Source of the DNA: an uncultured Muribaculaceae bacterium
GTDB taxonomy: Bacteria > Bacillota_I > Bacilli_A > RF39 > UBA660
DNA length: 64,000 nt
Assembly (NCBI GenBank): GCA_964370475.1
Contig: CAYJJI010000005.1
Coordinates: forward strand, 1,840-65,839
Reading direction: 5' to 3'
Both the position numbers and the translations under genes were made by a program. The notes below the pieces were generated by a model. The model searched no databases and was not told where the DNA came from. It worked only from the letters and a program-made list of their open reading frames with translations. Positions 28,659-37,159 of this stretch are shown one piece after another (the stretch's first letter is position 1; every line of letters begins with the position of its first letter).

Positions 28659-29699
28659 ATGAGTGAAAAAAATAATTGTTCTTATACTGATAGGAACTCT
28701 GAATTTAATGCAATGGCTAATAAGCTTTATTCTCCTAAAAAAGAGTTATTTTCTAATATGTGTTCTACTACTACTGATTGTGAATTAAGTGATATTTGTA
28801 GTAATCCTTTATTAGATACTTATTCTAGTTTTACTAGTTGTGGGAATGAAGGCTATTTTGTTACTAAGGATGGAGATAATCAAAATTTATATGTGCTTGA
28901 TTCTAATTTAAATGAAGTAGATCAAGTTAATATGGCACTACCAAATACTTCTTATAATAAAGATATTCAAGGAATTGCTTATGACCCTGATTTAGCTAAG
29001 ATGTATGTTGCGCATAATAATAGAATTTTTTCTGTCAATAATCAAGGTGATTTTATTAAAGATGAAGTTAATTTGAGTAGTACTAATACTACTAGAAGTA
29101 GTTGTTGTACTTCTATAACTTCAACTGCTACAAGTAGTCCAGCCAATATATCTGCTATTGGAATTGCGGATAATAATTTATTAACTACTTATGATAGAAA
29201 TGGTTCTAGTTTTGTTGCGAAAGTAACTAGTAGTGGTAATTTAGTTAATGAGACTCATTTGGATGATTCAATAGAACCTTCTTCGATATTAGAAACCTCT
29301 TCTGGTATACATGTTTTAGCTAAGAAAAATGGTCAATATAATTATATATATACTTTTGATAAGCAGAGTAGTAATTGTAAGAAGAGTAATTGTTGTAAAA
29401 TTATTATGGATGGAGAGTGTAGAGTGGATATAGAGTGCCCTGATTTACCTTGTGATTTAGAGGGAAGTTTATGTGAAGTGGTTAGAAGTATTGCTTTAAT
29501 TGAAAATGCTATTGCTAAACTTATTGACAGTGAAAGTTGTAAGATTAAAGCTGCTATTGATAATACTTCTTGTAATAAAGAATTAATTGATATAAATAAT
29601 TCTGTTTCTAAAACTATTATGAATATTACTTTATTAGAGCAGATATTAAAAGATAAGCTAGAAAAAGCAATTGAATTACATGAAAAAACAAGCTCTTAA
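28659..29699 (+). CDS. cysteine-rich hypothetical protein (346 aa) with a C-terminal helical domain shared with the 27983..28552 product
   Basis: The start is refined to the ATG at 28659 (RBS AAGAGG, 7 nt spacing). It has 20+ Cys residues in clusters (SCC, NCCK, ECRVDIECPDLPCDLEGSLC) and a beta-rich middle region. The C-terminus reads CEVVRSIALIENAIAKLIDSESCKIKAAI...ITLLEQILKDKLE. Confidence 0.55.
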   Translation: MSEKNNCSYTDRNSEFNAMANKLYSPKKELFSNMCSTTTDCELSDICSNPLLDTYSSFTSCGNEGYFVTKDGDNQNLYVLDSNLNEVDQVNMALPNTSYNKDIQGIAYDPDLAKMYVAHNNRIFSVNNQGDFIKDEVNLSSTNTTRSSCCTSITSTATSSPANISAIGIADNNLLTTYDRNGSSFVAKVTSSGNLVNETHLDDSIEPSSILETSSGIHVLAKKNGQYNYIYTFDKQSSNCKKSNCCKIIMDGECRVDIECPDLPCDLEGSLCEVVRSIALIENAIAKLIDSESCKIKAAIDNTSCNKELIDINNSVSKTIMNITLLEQILKDKLEKAIELHEKTSS

Positions 29700-30103
29700 C
29701 TGGCTTGTTTTTTTGTTTTAATCAATTTTTTTTGATTTTTTAGTTTATCTAAAAGTTCTTCGCTTGTATATTCTTCTTCTCCAGAAGATATAGCTAGAGA
29801 ATAATCATCATTTTTATTTAATAAATCTGATAATTGTGAATATTGGTTTGATGGTATTTCTTCGATGTCTGATGTGAACAATATTTTTTGTTTTAGAATT
29901 TCTAATTCTATATATATACTGTGGTGTTCATTAGTTAATTGATGTATTAAATCGATAAATGAATGATTTGTTAAGTACATATCAGTATGAAAATAATCAT
30001 TTAGATAATCAGCTAGTGCTTCGCCATGTGGCTCACCAAATATTACTATTTCACCATTTGGTTTTATTATTTTGTTTGTGTTATTAATATATATCTCTTC
30101 CTT
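29696..30103 (-). CDS. hypothetical protein whose reading frame extends ~40 codons upstream of the first ATG with no canonical start (possible ATT start or pseudogene)
   Basis: The open frame runs from the stop-flanked codon at 30103 down to 29696. The upstream part reads KEEIYINNTNKIIKPNGEIVIFGEPHGEALADYLNDYFHTD before the first Met. A strong RBS (AAAGGAAGAG) sits 8 nt before an in-frame ATT, and a hairpin terminator of the upstream gene precedes it. Confidence 0.4.
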   Translation of the reverse strand, partial: KEEIYINNTNKIIKPNGEIVIFGEPHGEALADYLNDYFHTDMYLTNHSFIDLIHQLTNEHHSIYIELEILKQKILFTSDIEEIPSNQYSQLSDLLNKNDDYSLAISSGEEEYTSEELLDKLKNQKKLIKTKKQAS

Positions 30104-30194
30104 TCATGAGTTGTAATCATAACATAATAATATGAAAATTGGAAGAAATATTTATGTTTTCTATGTGAAGTAGATAAAAAGCACTATATAGTGC

Positions 30195-30635
30195 TTAAAT
30201 AATGTAGATTAGTAGAGCTGTTGCAAACATAGTAATAAATACTGTAATCATGATAAATAAAGATTTTGAGTATCCTTTAGGAGTTATCATGTTGTTGTTA
30301 TCTAGTTTTTTAATAATTGGATGGAGCTTAATGTAGTATGTAGATATAGATAATATTAACATTGGCATTGTATATAATTTTAATTCATCATTACCAAATA
30401 ATAATATTAATATTAATAGTCCTACAAATATTAGTTTTGATCCAGCTACCCAGTTTTTCATATATTTAGCATATAATTTAGAGTTTTTATCATTTTTTGA
30501 TAAATGCCAGTTATTAAAAATTGCTATTCCATTACCATATTTAGAATCTGGAAAAAAATATAGAATTATGATATTAGTTGTTTCTAATATTATAAATATA
30601 AGTATTGCTATTTCTATTATATTCATTGTTATCAC
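30195..30635 (-). CDS. hypothetical integral membrane protein (4 TM helices)
   Basis: RBS AAGGTGA on the minus strand. Hydrophobic segments are present. A terminator hairpin (AAGCACTATATAGTGCTTTTT) follows the gene. Confidence 0.5.
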   Translation of the reverse strand: MITMNIIEIAILIFIILETTNIIILYFFPDSKYGNGIAIFNNWHLSKNDKNSKLYAKYMKNWVAGSKLIFVGLLILILLFGNDELKLYTMPMLILSISTYYIKLHPIIKKLDNNNMITPKGYSKSLFIMITVFITMFATALLIYII

Positions 30636-30727
30636 CTTGTTTATTATATCATATTTGTTAAATAATTCTAATACTATTGTATACTTTTTTGTTAGTAGAT
30701 TAAACTAATAGAGAAAGTGGTGATAAG

Positions 30728-32503
30728 ATGGGTAAAAGTATATATTTATTGTATATATTTGTTTTGTTGTTTTTAGTTTCTATTATCTCTATTGGATATG
30801 CTGCTTTAAATACTAATTTAAATATTAGTGGTGAGGCTGTTGTTAATACTACTGATGATATTTTTGTATCTAGTATTTCTTTAATTGAGAGTACTGATGT
30901 TACTGAAATTTATGACCCTAAGATTACTTATAATACTACTAATATTGGAATGAATTTATCAAGTGCTAGTTCTTTTTTTACTTATGAGGTTGTTATAATT
31001 AATAATAGTTCTAGCGATTATTATTTGTGGGAGATCAGAGAATTAATAAATTCTAGTGATATGTTATATTTTGTTACTGATTTATATAAGTATGATGAGT
31101 TTGAACCTGGTAGTGAAACTGTTTTTAGAATTACTTATATGGCGGATGGTGCTCCTGCTAATAATGAATTTATTTTGGAACTTGAATATGTTTTTAAGAA
31201 AGGTGAAAGATATAATGATGCTGTATTAGCAGGTTCAGATCCTGAATTGATTGATGGTTTAATACCTATTATTTATAATGAATCTAATAAAACTTGGGAG
31301 AAAGCTGATGTAATAAATAGTAATTGGTATGATTATACAAATGGTAAATGGGCTAACTCAGCTTCTGTTATTTCTTCTATGAAGGATTATTATGTTGATG
31401 CTTTGCCTGGTACTATTATTTCTATGGAACATATGACTTCTATGTTAGTATGGATTCCTAGGTTTTCATATACTATTAAGGATACTTTAGGTTATCAAGG
31501 ATTAAACGCTTCTTTAGTTTCTTTAAGTACTCCTGGTGGAATAGATATTAAATTTATGTCTAGTGAAGAAATTGATATGGGTAGTGCTAAATATAGTGGA
31601 GACACACCTAGTAATTATTTTACTTCATCTGCTTTTTGTTGGGGAGATACTTGTGATAATCCTGATACTAGATTTGATGAAGGTAATAAAGAAATATCTG
31701 GTTTTTGGATTGCAAAGTTTGAAGCTTCTTGGCATGATGGTTTGCTTTATTCTAAACCTAATGAAACTCCTGCTACTAATTTAACTATTTCAAGTACATT
31801 TAATTTAGTTCAGAATTTAATGAATGGAATAAATGGTTATAATAATTATGGTTATATAGGATATGTTAATGCTCATTTAATTAAAAATACTGAATGGGGT
31901 GCTATTGCATATTTAAGTCAATCTGAATATGGCAAATATGGTAATCCTGATTATGTGGGAATTAATAAGGAAATTTATCTTAATAATTGTAGTTTGTATA
32001 TAACTGGTATTGGTGGTGATTCTCCTGGTGATGGTAGAACTGAAGAAAGTTGTTATACTAATACATATGATACTTATAATGGAATGGGAGCTTCTACTAC
32101 AGGTAATATATATGGAGTTTATGATATGGTTGGTGGAACATTTGATAGAGTTATGGGTATTATATTAGATGCTAATGGAAATTTTGATTCTGATTTAGCG
32201 GGATTTAGTGAACTTCCTGAAGGAAGGTATATAAATATATATCCTTATGGTACTTATACACAGGGAGATATTTCTCCTATTAAAGGTGATGCTCTTACTG
32301 AAACTTTACTTTTTTATGACGATAGATACCTAGGAGATCCTAGATTTTCAACTACTAATTATTATGATTATCATTGGTTATATAGGGGAGGAAGTTTATT
32401 CTTTTCTAATACTGAGGCAAATGGGGTATTTTCTTATACTTTGTTTAATGGCCAAGCTGATTTACATCATTCTTCAAGATTTACTATTACAATGTATAGA
32501 TAA
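30728..32503 (+). CDS. membrane-anchored protein with a divergent FGE-sulfatase (SUMF1/DUF323)-like domain; paralogue 1 of 3
   Basis: N-terminal signal anchor. FGE-like signature blocks are present: hydrophobic-x-(I/V)-x-KFE (GFWIAKFEASWHDG), TEW-x-A-x-AY (IKNTEWGAIAYLSQSEYG), G-x-YDM-x-G (YGVYDMVGGTFDRVMG) and C-terminal LRGG (WLYRGGSLFF). The same blocks occur in the proteins at 46540 and 48053. Confidence 0.5.
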   Translation: MGKSIYLLYIFVLLFLVSIISIGYAALNTNLNISGEAVVNTTDDIFVSSISLIESTDVTEIYDPKITYNTTNIGMNLSSASSFFTYEVVIINNSSSDYYLWEIRELINSSDMLYFVTDLYKYDEFEPGSETVFRITYMADGAPANNEFILELEYVFKKGERYNDAVLAGSDPELIDGLIPIIYNESNKTWEKADVINSNWYDYTNGKWANSASVISSMKDYYVDALPGTIISMEHMTSMLVWIPRFSYTIKDTLGYQGLNASLVSLSTPGGIDIKFMSSEEIDMGSAKYSGDTPSNYFTSSAFCWGDTCDNPDTRFDEGNKEISGFWIAKFEASWHDGLLYSKPNETPATNLTISSTFNLVQNLMNGINGYNNYGYIGYVNAHLIKNTEWGAIAYLSQSEYGKYGNPDYVGINKEIYLNNCSLYITGIGGDSPGDGRTEESCYTNTYDTYNGMGASTTGNIYGVYDMVGGTFDRVMGIILDANGNFDSDLAGFSELPEGRYINIYPYGTYTQGDISPIKGDALTETLLFYDDRYLGDPRFSTTNYYDYHWLYRGGSLFFSNTEANGVFSYTLFNGQADLHHSSRFTITMYR

Positions 32504-32553
32504 ATATTTACATATATATAAAAGGTGTTATAATAACATTATAAGGAAGTGTA

Positions 32554-33756
32554 ATGATGGTTAAAAAAATTAGGGAACTGTTATTTAATGTTTACACTAT
32601 ACCTGCTTTATTAATTACTGTAATGAATATATTAGTTTTATTAACTGGTAGTGTAACATTTACTTGGTATATAATTGTAATGAATATATTCTTTTGGATA
32701 ACTGGTATTATGTTAAAAAATGGGGATAATTTATATAGTATTATTTCTATAGCTATATTGTGGGTTTCTTTAAAAGAAAGTGTTGCTTCTGTAAACAATA
32801 TAATTGATCCTTATTTTATTCATTTTATATTAATAGTTTATTTTATTACTTGTGACATTATTGTATTTATTAATAAGGATGTTAAAAAAATATATAAAAT
32901 TATTTTATATGTAGTTTGTGGTTTATTATTTATATTTAGTATGGTTTCTGGATTAATTGATTATAATAGAGTTAAAAATGATCAAATACCTTTATTTATG
33001 ATTATGATAGATGATACTAATGATTATGAATATATTGGATTAGGATATAGAATGACTTTAAATAAAGAACCTGTAACTGATTTAGAAAATATTGATGTTA
33101 ATTTTGGTAGTTGGTTTTATTTATTTGAAGTGAAATCTCCTTTTATAGAAGATTATACTTATCCTGTTGGAATTGTTGAAGATAATAATAGTCTTTTAAA
33201 AAGTTATTATGTAAATGATGAATATATTGTTTATGGAGTAGGTACTGGTGATATTTATTCTTATATAAATGGTAAAGAGTCAATTAGTTATTATTTAAGT
33301 AATAATTCTATTGTTGATTTTGAAGGATCACTAGATGGTTATAATATAATTAAAGAAGAGTATAGATTATATGAGATGGGTGATACTAGAGTATTGTTCT
33401 GTGATTCTGATGGAGTTAAAGATGTATACATTGGAACTAGTGAACTATCTTATAAGGAGAGTTATTGTCAAAAAAGGAATATTATTACAGGACGTTTGTT
33501 GGTTGTTAATGAAGATCAATATATGTTGATAAGTGATGAAGGACCTATAATGTTAAGTAATAATAATTATGAAGATATATTTTATGAATATGGTAATGGA
33601 GATAATGTAGAAGTTATATATGATGGTATTAATGAATCTTACCCGATGCAAATGGGAGTTTATGGTATTAATTTAATAAGTGATGGAACTCTTAAAGATG
33701 TTGATCAAGATATGATTGATGAGCTTATAGATTTAGGGTTTAAAATAGTAGAATAG
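32554..33756 (+). CDS. hypothetical membrane protein (4 TM helices) with a C-terminal soluble domain
   Basis: RBS AAGGAAG. No recognisable motifs. Confidence 0.45.
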   Translation: MMVKKIRELLFNVYTIPALLITVMNILVLLTGSVTFTWYIIVMNIFFWITGIMLKNGDNLYSIISIAILWVSLKESVASVNNIIDPYFIHFILIVYFITCDIIVFINKDVKKIYKIILYVVCGLLFIFSMVSGLIDYNRVKNDQIPLFMIMIDDTNDYEYIGLGYRMTLNKEPVTDLENIDVNFGSWFYLFEVKSPFIEDYTYPVGIVEDNNSLLKSYYVNDEYIVYGVGTGDIYSYINGKESISYYLSNNSIVDFEGSLDGYNIIKEEYRLYEMGDTRVLFCDSDGVKDVYIGTSELSYKESYCQKRNIITGRLLVVNEDQYMLISDEGPIMLSNNNYEDIFYEYGNGDNVEVIYDGINESYPMQMGVYGINLISDGTLKDVDQDMIDELIDLGFKIVE

Positions 33757-33814
33757 TTTGACTTTTCTTTTTTTTATGCTATTATATCTATTAGTTGTTG
33801 GAGGGTGTATAAAT

Positions 33815-34381
33815 ATGGAAAGCGATAAAGTAAAGTTATATAATCTTATATATGAGGGTAGGGGTGATTATGTTCCAAAAAACGTCGAGGTTTGCAGATA
33901 TTCAGATGGAACTAAATATAAGATAAAATCAATTTTACTTAAAGAAGGGAATTTTTTTAATAAATCTATAAGATATGATAGATTATTAGTGTTCTTAAGT
34001 GAAGGAAGATTATATGAGTATTTTTCCGGATATGAGTTGGAATTGGAACCAATTCGTTATGGTCATTTAGTTAAAAATACTTGTTGGAAATTATATTCAT
34101 ATGAACCTAGAGATTGTTATGATGAGTATATATTTGTAAATATGCATGAATTAACTGTAGAAGAGTTTCAAAAGCTAGTAGATTGTTATAGTTTTTTTGA
34201 AGATATTATTAAAGAGGAAGTACCTAAATTTATGGAAGGGTTATATAGTCAAAGAATTAGAGTTGATAAAGAAAAAGCTGAAAAAGAATTTCAAGCTAAG
34301 AAGAAAGAACAAGAAAAATTAGATGCAGAAAACAATTTTTTTGATCAATTACGTTTAAGAAGAGATCTTAATAATAAATAG
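33815..34381 (+). CDS. hypothetical cytoplasmic protein
   Basis: The start is refined to the ATG at 33815, 9 nt after a GGAGGG RBS (MESDKVKLYNL...). The TTG-initiated extension back to 33758 would add a lipoprotein-like LVVGGC leader but has no RBS. The C-terminus is a charged coiled-coil-like tail. Confidence 0.45.
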   Translation: MESDKVKLYNLIYEGRGDYVPKNVEVCRYSDGTKYKIKSILLKEGNFFNKSIRYDRLLVFLSEGRLYEYFSGYELELEPIRYGHLVKNTCWKLYSYEPRDCYDEYIFVNMHELTVEEFQKLVDCYSFFEDIIKEEVPKFMEGLYSQRIRVDKEKAEKEFQAKKKEQEKLDAENNFFDQLRLRRDLNNK

Positions 34382-34517
34382 AGACTATATAGTCTTTTTT
34401 TTTATTTCTTTGTTTGTGTTATTTTACTTTTTTAAGTTTTACTACTCTCTATATTAAGTTATATCTTGTTTATGTATTAATTATATAATATAATTATTAT
34501 GAGAGTAGGGGTATATA

Positions 34518-36074
34518 ATGAATGAACAAAAGAATACTTATGAACAATTAAATAATAATGCTGCTAAACCTGATAATAATGGTTTAGCAGATAATGGATT
34601 ACAATCATTAACACCGGAACAGCCGGTGATGGCAGAGCAACCTCTTATGGTTGAACAACCAATTGCTGCTGAGCAACCAATTGTGGTCGAGCAGCCGGTT
34701 GTGTTTGAACAACCTGTTATGGTGGAACAACCAATTGTGACTGAACAATCTGCTGTAGTTGAAGAACCGGTTGTTAATATGAGTGATAATGGATTAGGAT
34801 CTTCTAGTTTTAATAATAGTCCTAAAAAGAAAAAAGTGTCAGTTACATTTATAATTATTATAATTCTTCTTATATTGAATGTTTGTGCTGCGGGATATTT
34901 ATTTTTATCTAATGATGATGAAAATATTAAAAATAACGATTCAGATACTACAATATCTGATGATGAATCTGATGATGAATCTGATGATAAAACTGATGAT
35001 GAAACTGATGATGAAACTGATGATACTAACGATTTTGTTAAAAATTCATTAGGTGATTTAGGTGGTTATTCTAGTATCTTTGAAGATATTGAAGATGATG
35101 TTATAAACTTAGTTATTGAGTCTAAAAAAGATATGAATGCTTATGAAGATGCTGAATTTAAGTGGGATATTTCTGCTAATGAAGGTAGTGAAGAAGTTAT
35201 TGCTTATTATGAAGGGGATACACTATATTTTCAAGCTGATGGAAAAATAATTGCTCGTGAATATATGGGTGGAAGTGCTGGAGATAATGCTTATTCGACT
35301 TTTGGAGATTTTTATTATTTAGAAACTTTAGATCTTAGCGGATTAGATACATCAAATACAGTTGGTATGTCTGCAATGTTTGCAGGATTATCTAGTCTTA
35401 TTGATATTGAATTTGGTGATTTTGATACTAGTAATGTTACTGACATGTCTAATATGTTTTATGAAACTAGTAGTTTATCTAATATTGACTTATCAGGATT
35501 TGATACTTCAAAAGTAACTGATATGAGTTATATGTTTGAAGATTTTGGTCGTTATAATTCAGTTGGTATATTTGGTGATGATGAGGATTTTGTATATGTT
35601 AATACTCATTTAGATTTGTCTAGTTTTGATACTAGTAATACTTCTGATATGAAGGGAATGTTTAAAAATTCAGCATTTACTACTATTGATTTAAGTAGTT
35701 TTGATACTAGTCTTATTTCTAGTATGATGAATATGTTTTATGGAGTTGATAATGCGGATCATATTGATTTAACTTCTTTTGATACTAGAAATGTTACTAG
35801 TATGTATAATATGTTTTCAGACAGTTCTTTAAAGACTGTTGATTTATCAAGTTTTGATACAACTAGTGTTAGTGATTTTGTGTGGATGTTTTCTTCTTGT
35901 GAGTTTGATTCACTTGATTTGAGTAACTTTACTTTTAATGATAATGCTTCTGTTTCTGGAATGTTTAGTGCTGCTAAAACTACTGTGTATGTAGGTTCTC
36001 AAGATCATTATAGTTTATTAACAGATGAAAGTACTACTAATAGCTTGAGTGATGTTACTATAAAAATTAAATAA
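34518..36074 (+). CDS. DUF285/PARCEL-repeat (Mycoplasma-type BspA-like) surface protein with an N-terminal (V/M)xEQP pentapeptide repeat region
   Basis: The cytoplasmic N-terminus carries about 10 copies of EQP(V/I)(M/V)x. It is followed by a TM helix, an Asp/Glu/Thr-rich linker (DDESDDESDDKTDDETDDETDD), and at least 8 repeats of the DUF285 type (LSGFDTSKVTDMSYMF). Confidence 0.65.
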   Translation: MNEQKNTYEQLNNNAAKPDNNGLADNGLQSLTPEQPVMAEQPLMVEQPIAAEQPIVVEQPVVFEQPVMVEQPIVTEQSAVVEEPVVNMSDNGLGSSSFNNSPKKKKVSVTFIIIIILLILNVCAAGYLFLSNDDENIKNNDSDTTISDDESDDESDDKTDDETDDETDDTNDFVKNSLGDLGGYSSIFEDIEDDVINLVIESKKDMNAYEDAEFKWDISANEGSEEVIAYYEGDTLYFQADGKIIAREYMGGSAGDNAYSTFGDFYYLETLDLSGLDTSNTVGMSAMFAGLSSLIDIEFGDFDTSNVTDMSNMFYETSSLSNIDLSGFDTSKVTDMSYMFEDFGRYNSVGIFGDDEDFVYVNTHLDLSSFDTSNTSDMKGMFKNSAFTTIDLSSFDTSLISSMMNMFYGVDNADHIDLTSFDTRNVTSMYNMFSDSSLKTVDLSSFDTTSVSDFVWMFSSCEFDSLDLSNFTFNDNASVSGMFSAAKTTVYVGSQDHYSLLTDESTTNSLSDVTIKIK

Positions 36075-36094
36075 TATAGAAATGAGAGATAGTT

Positions 36095-37087
36095 ATGTAT
36101 AATGATAATAATATTGAACAGTTAAATTTACAAGGAGATAATGGTGATTCTAATTTATCTGGTATGAATGTTAATGAACCAAATAAATCTTCTAAAAGAA
36201 ATATAATAATAATTATTATATTATCTTTAACATTAGCTGGTTTAGGGTATGCTATTTTTACTCGTGAAAATGATAAGAGTTTTAATGATTCAAATAGCGA
36301 AGATAAAGATGTAGTTGATGATGATGTTGAAGAAGAAGTTGATTATGTTTGGGAAGCTTCAACATTTCTTGATGAATATAGAGCTAGTGGTAAAGAATTA
36401 ACAATAGATACTAATTTGATTTCTGGACAAACGTTGCCTTTATCTTTAGAAACTATTAGTACTTTTGTTGGACCTGTAAAAGCATGGGGTATCGGGTCTA
36501 GTAATCTTGAGGCGAATAGTTTGATGGAATTATTAGATAATTCTTATTTACTTGTTACTGGTACATCTATGGGACATGGTGCAAGTATTAGTTTATATGA
36601 TTATGATGAAACTCCTACTGATGAAGACTATAGAGAGTATGCTTCTAATATATATTTTGATGATGATTTAGTAAAATATTCTAATGATACTAAATTAAGT
36701 CAGTATATTGAAGATAATAATTGGAGTTTGCATTTAAATTTACCTAGAACTGAATATACTACTAAAGATAAAGAACGTTTATTTGAAATTGTTGATATGT
36801 TTGGAGATCCAACTGAAATATATATGTTTCAATCTAGTGATGTAGAATATGATTCTAATGGATGGATTAAAAGATCGGAAGTTATTTTAGATAATGGATT
36901 TATTATAAATTTTTATAATATGATTTGGAGAGGTGAAGGTTATACTGTTAGTTTAATGGTTACGGAAACTGCTTATGATACTGTTTATAGTTCTAATAAA
37001 TTAGAATGGTTTTCATATTATCCAAGTGAAGATTTTGATATTTGGTCAGATTCTACTAGTTATAGTAAAGTAGATATTAATAGATAA
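36095..37087 (+). CDS. hypothetical single-pass membrane protein with an acidic juxtamembrane linker
   Basis: It has the same architecture as the upstream gene (cytoplasmic N-terminus, one TM helix, acidic linker, extracellular domain). No known motifs. Confidence 0.45.
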   Translation: MYNDNNIEQLNLQGDNGDSNLSGMNVNEPNKSSKRNIIIIIILSLTLAGLGYAIFTRENDKSFNDSNSEDKDVVDDDVEEEVDYVWEASTFLDEYRASGKELTIDTNLISGQTLPLSLETISTFVGPVKAWGIGSSNLEANSLMELLDNSYLLVTGTSMGHGASISLYDYDETPTDEDYREYASNIYFDDDLVKYSNDTKLSQYIEDNNWSLHLNLPRTEYTTKDKERLFEIVDMFGDPTEIYMFQSSDVEYDSNGWIKRSEVILDNGFIINFYNMIWRGEGYTVSLMVTETAYDTVYSSNKLEWFSYYPSEDFDIWSDSTSYSKVDINR

Positions 37088-37159
37088 AATATAAAATGTA
37101 CGATTTATCGTGCTTTTTTTCAATATATGTAGTATAATCAATGAGCGAAAGAAGGAAGA

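Noticed and set aside
31563-31784. 73-aa ORF inside the FGE-like gene
   Set aside because: It is an alternative frame within a supported CDS and is a low-complexity Leu/Ile frame.
32364-32798. ORFs 32364..32564 (+) and 32592..32798 (-)
   Set aside because: They overlap the 3' end of the FGE-like gene and the 5' end of the 4-TM gene in the wrong frame or strand.
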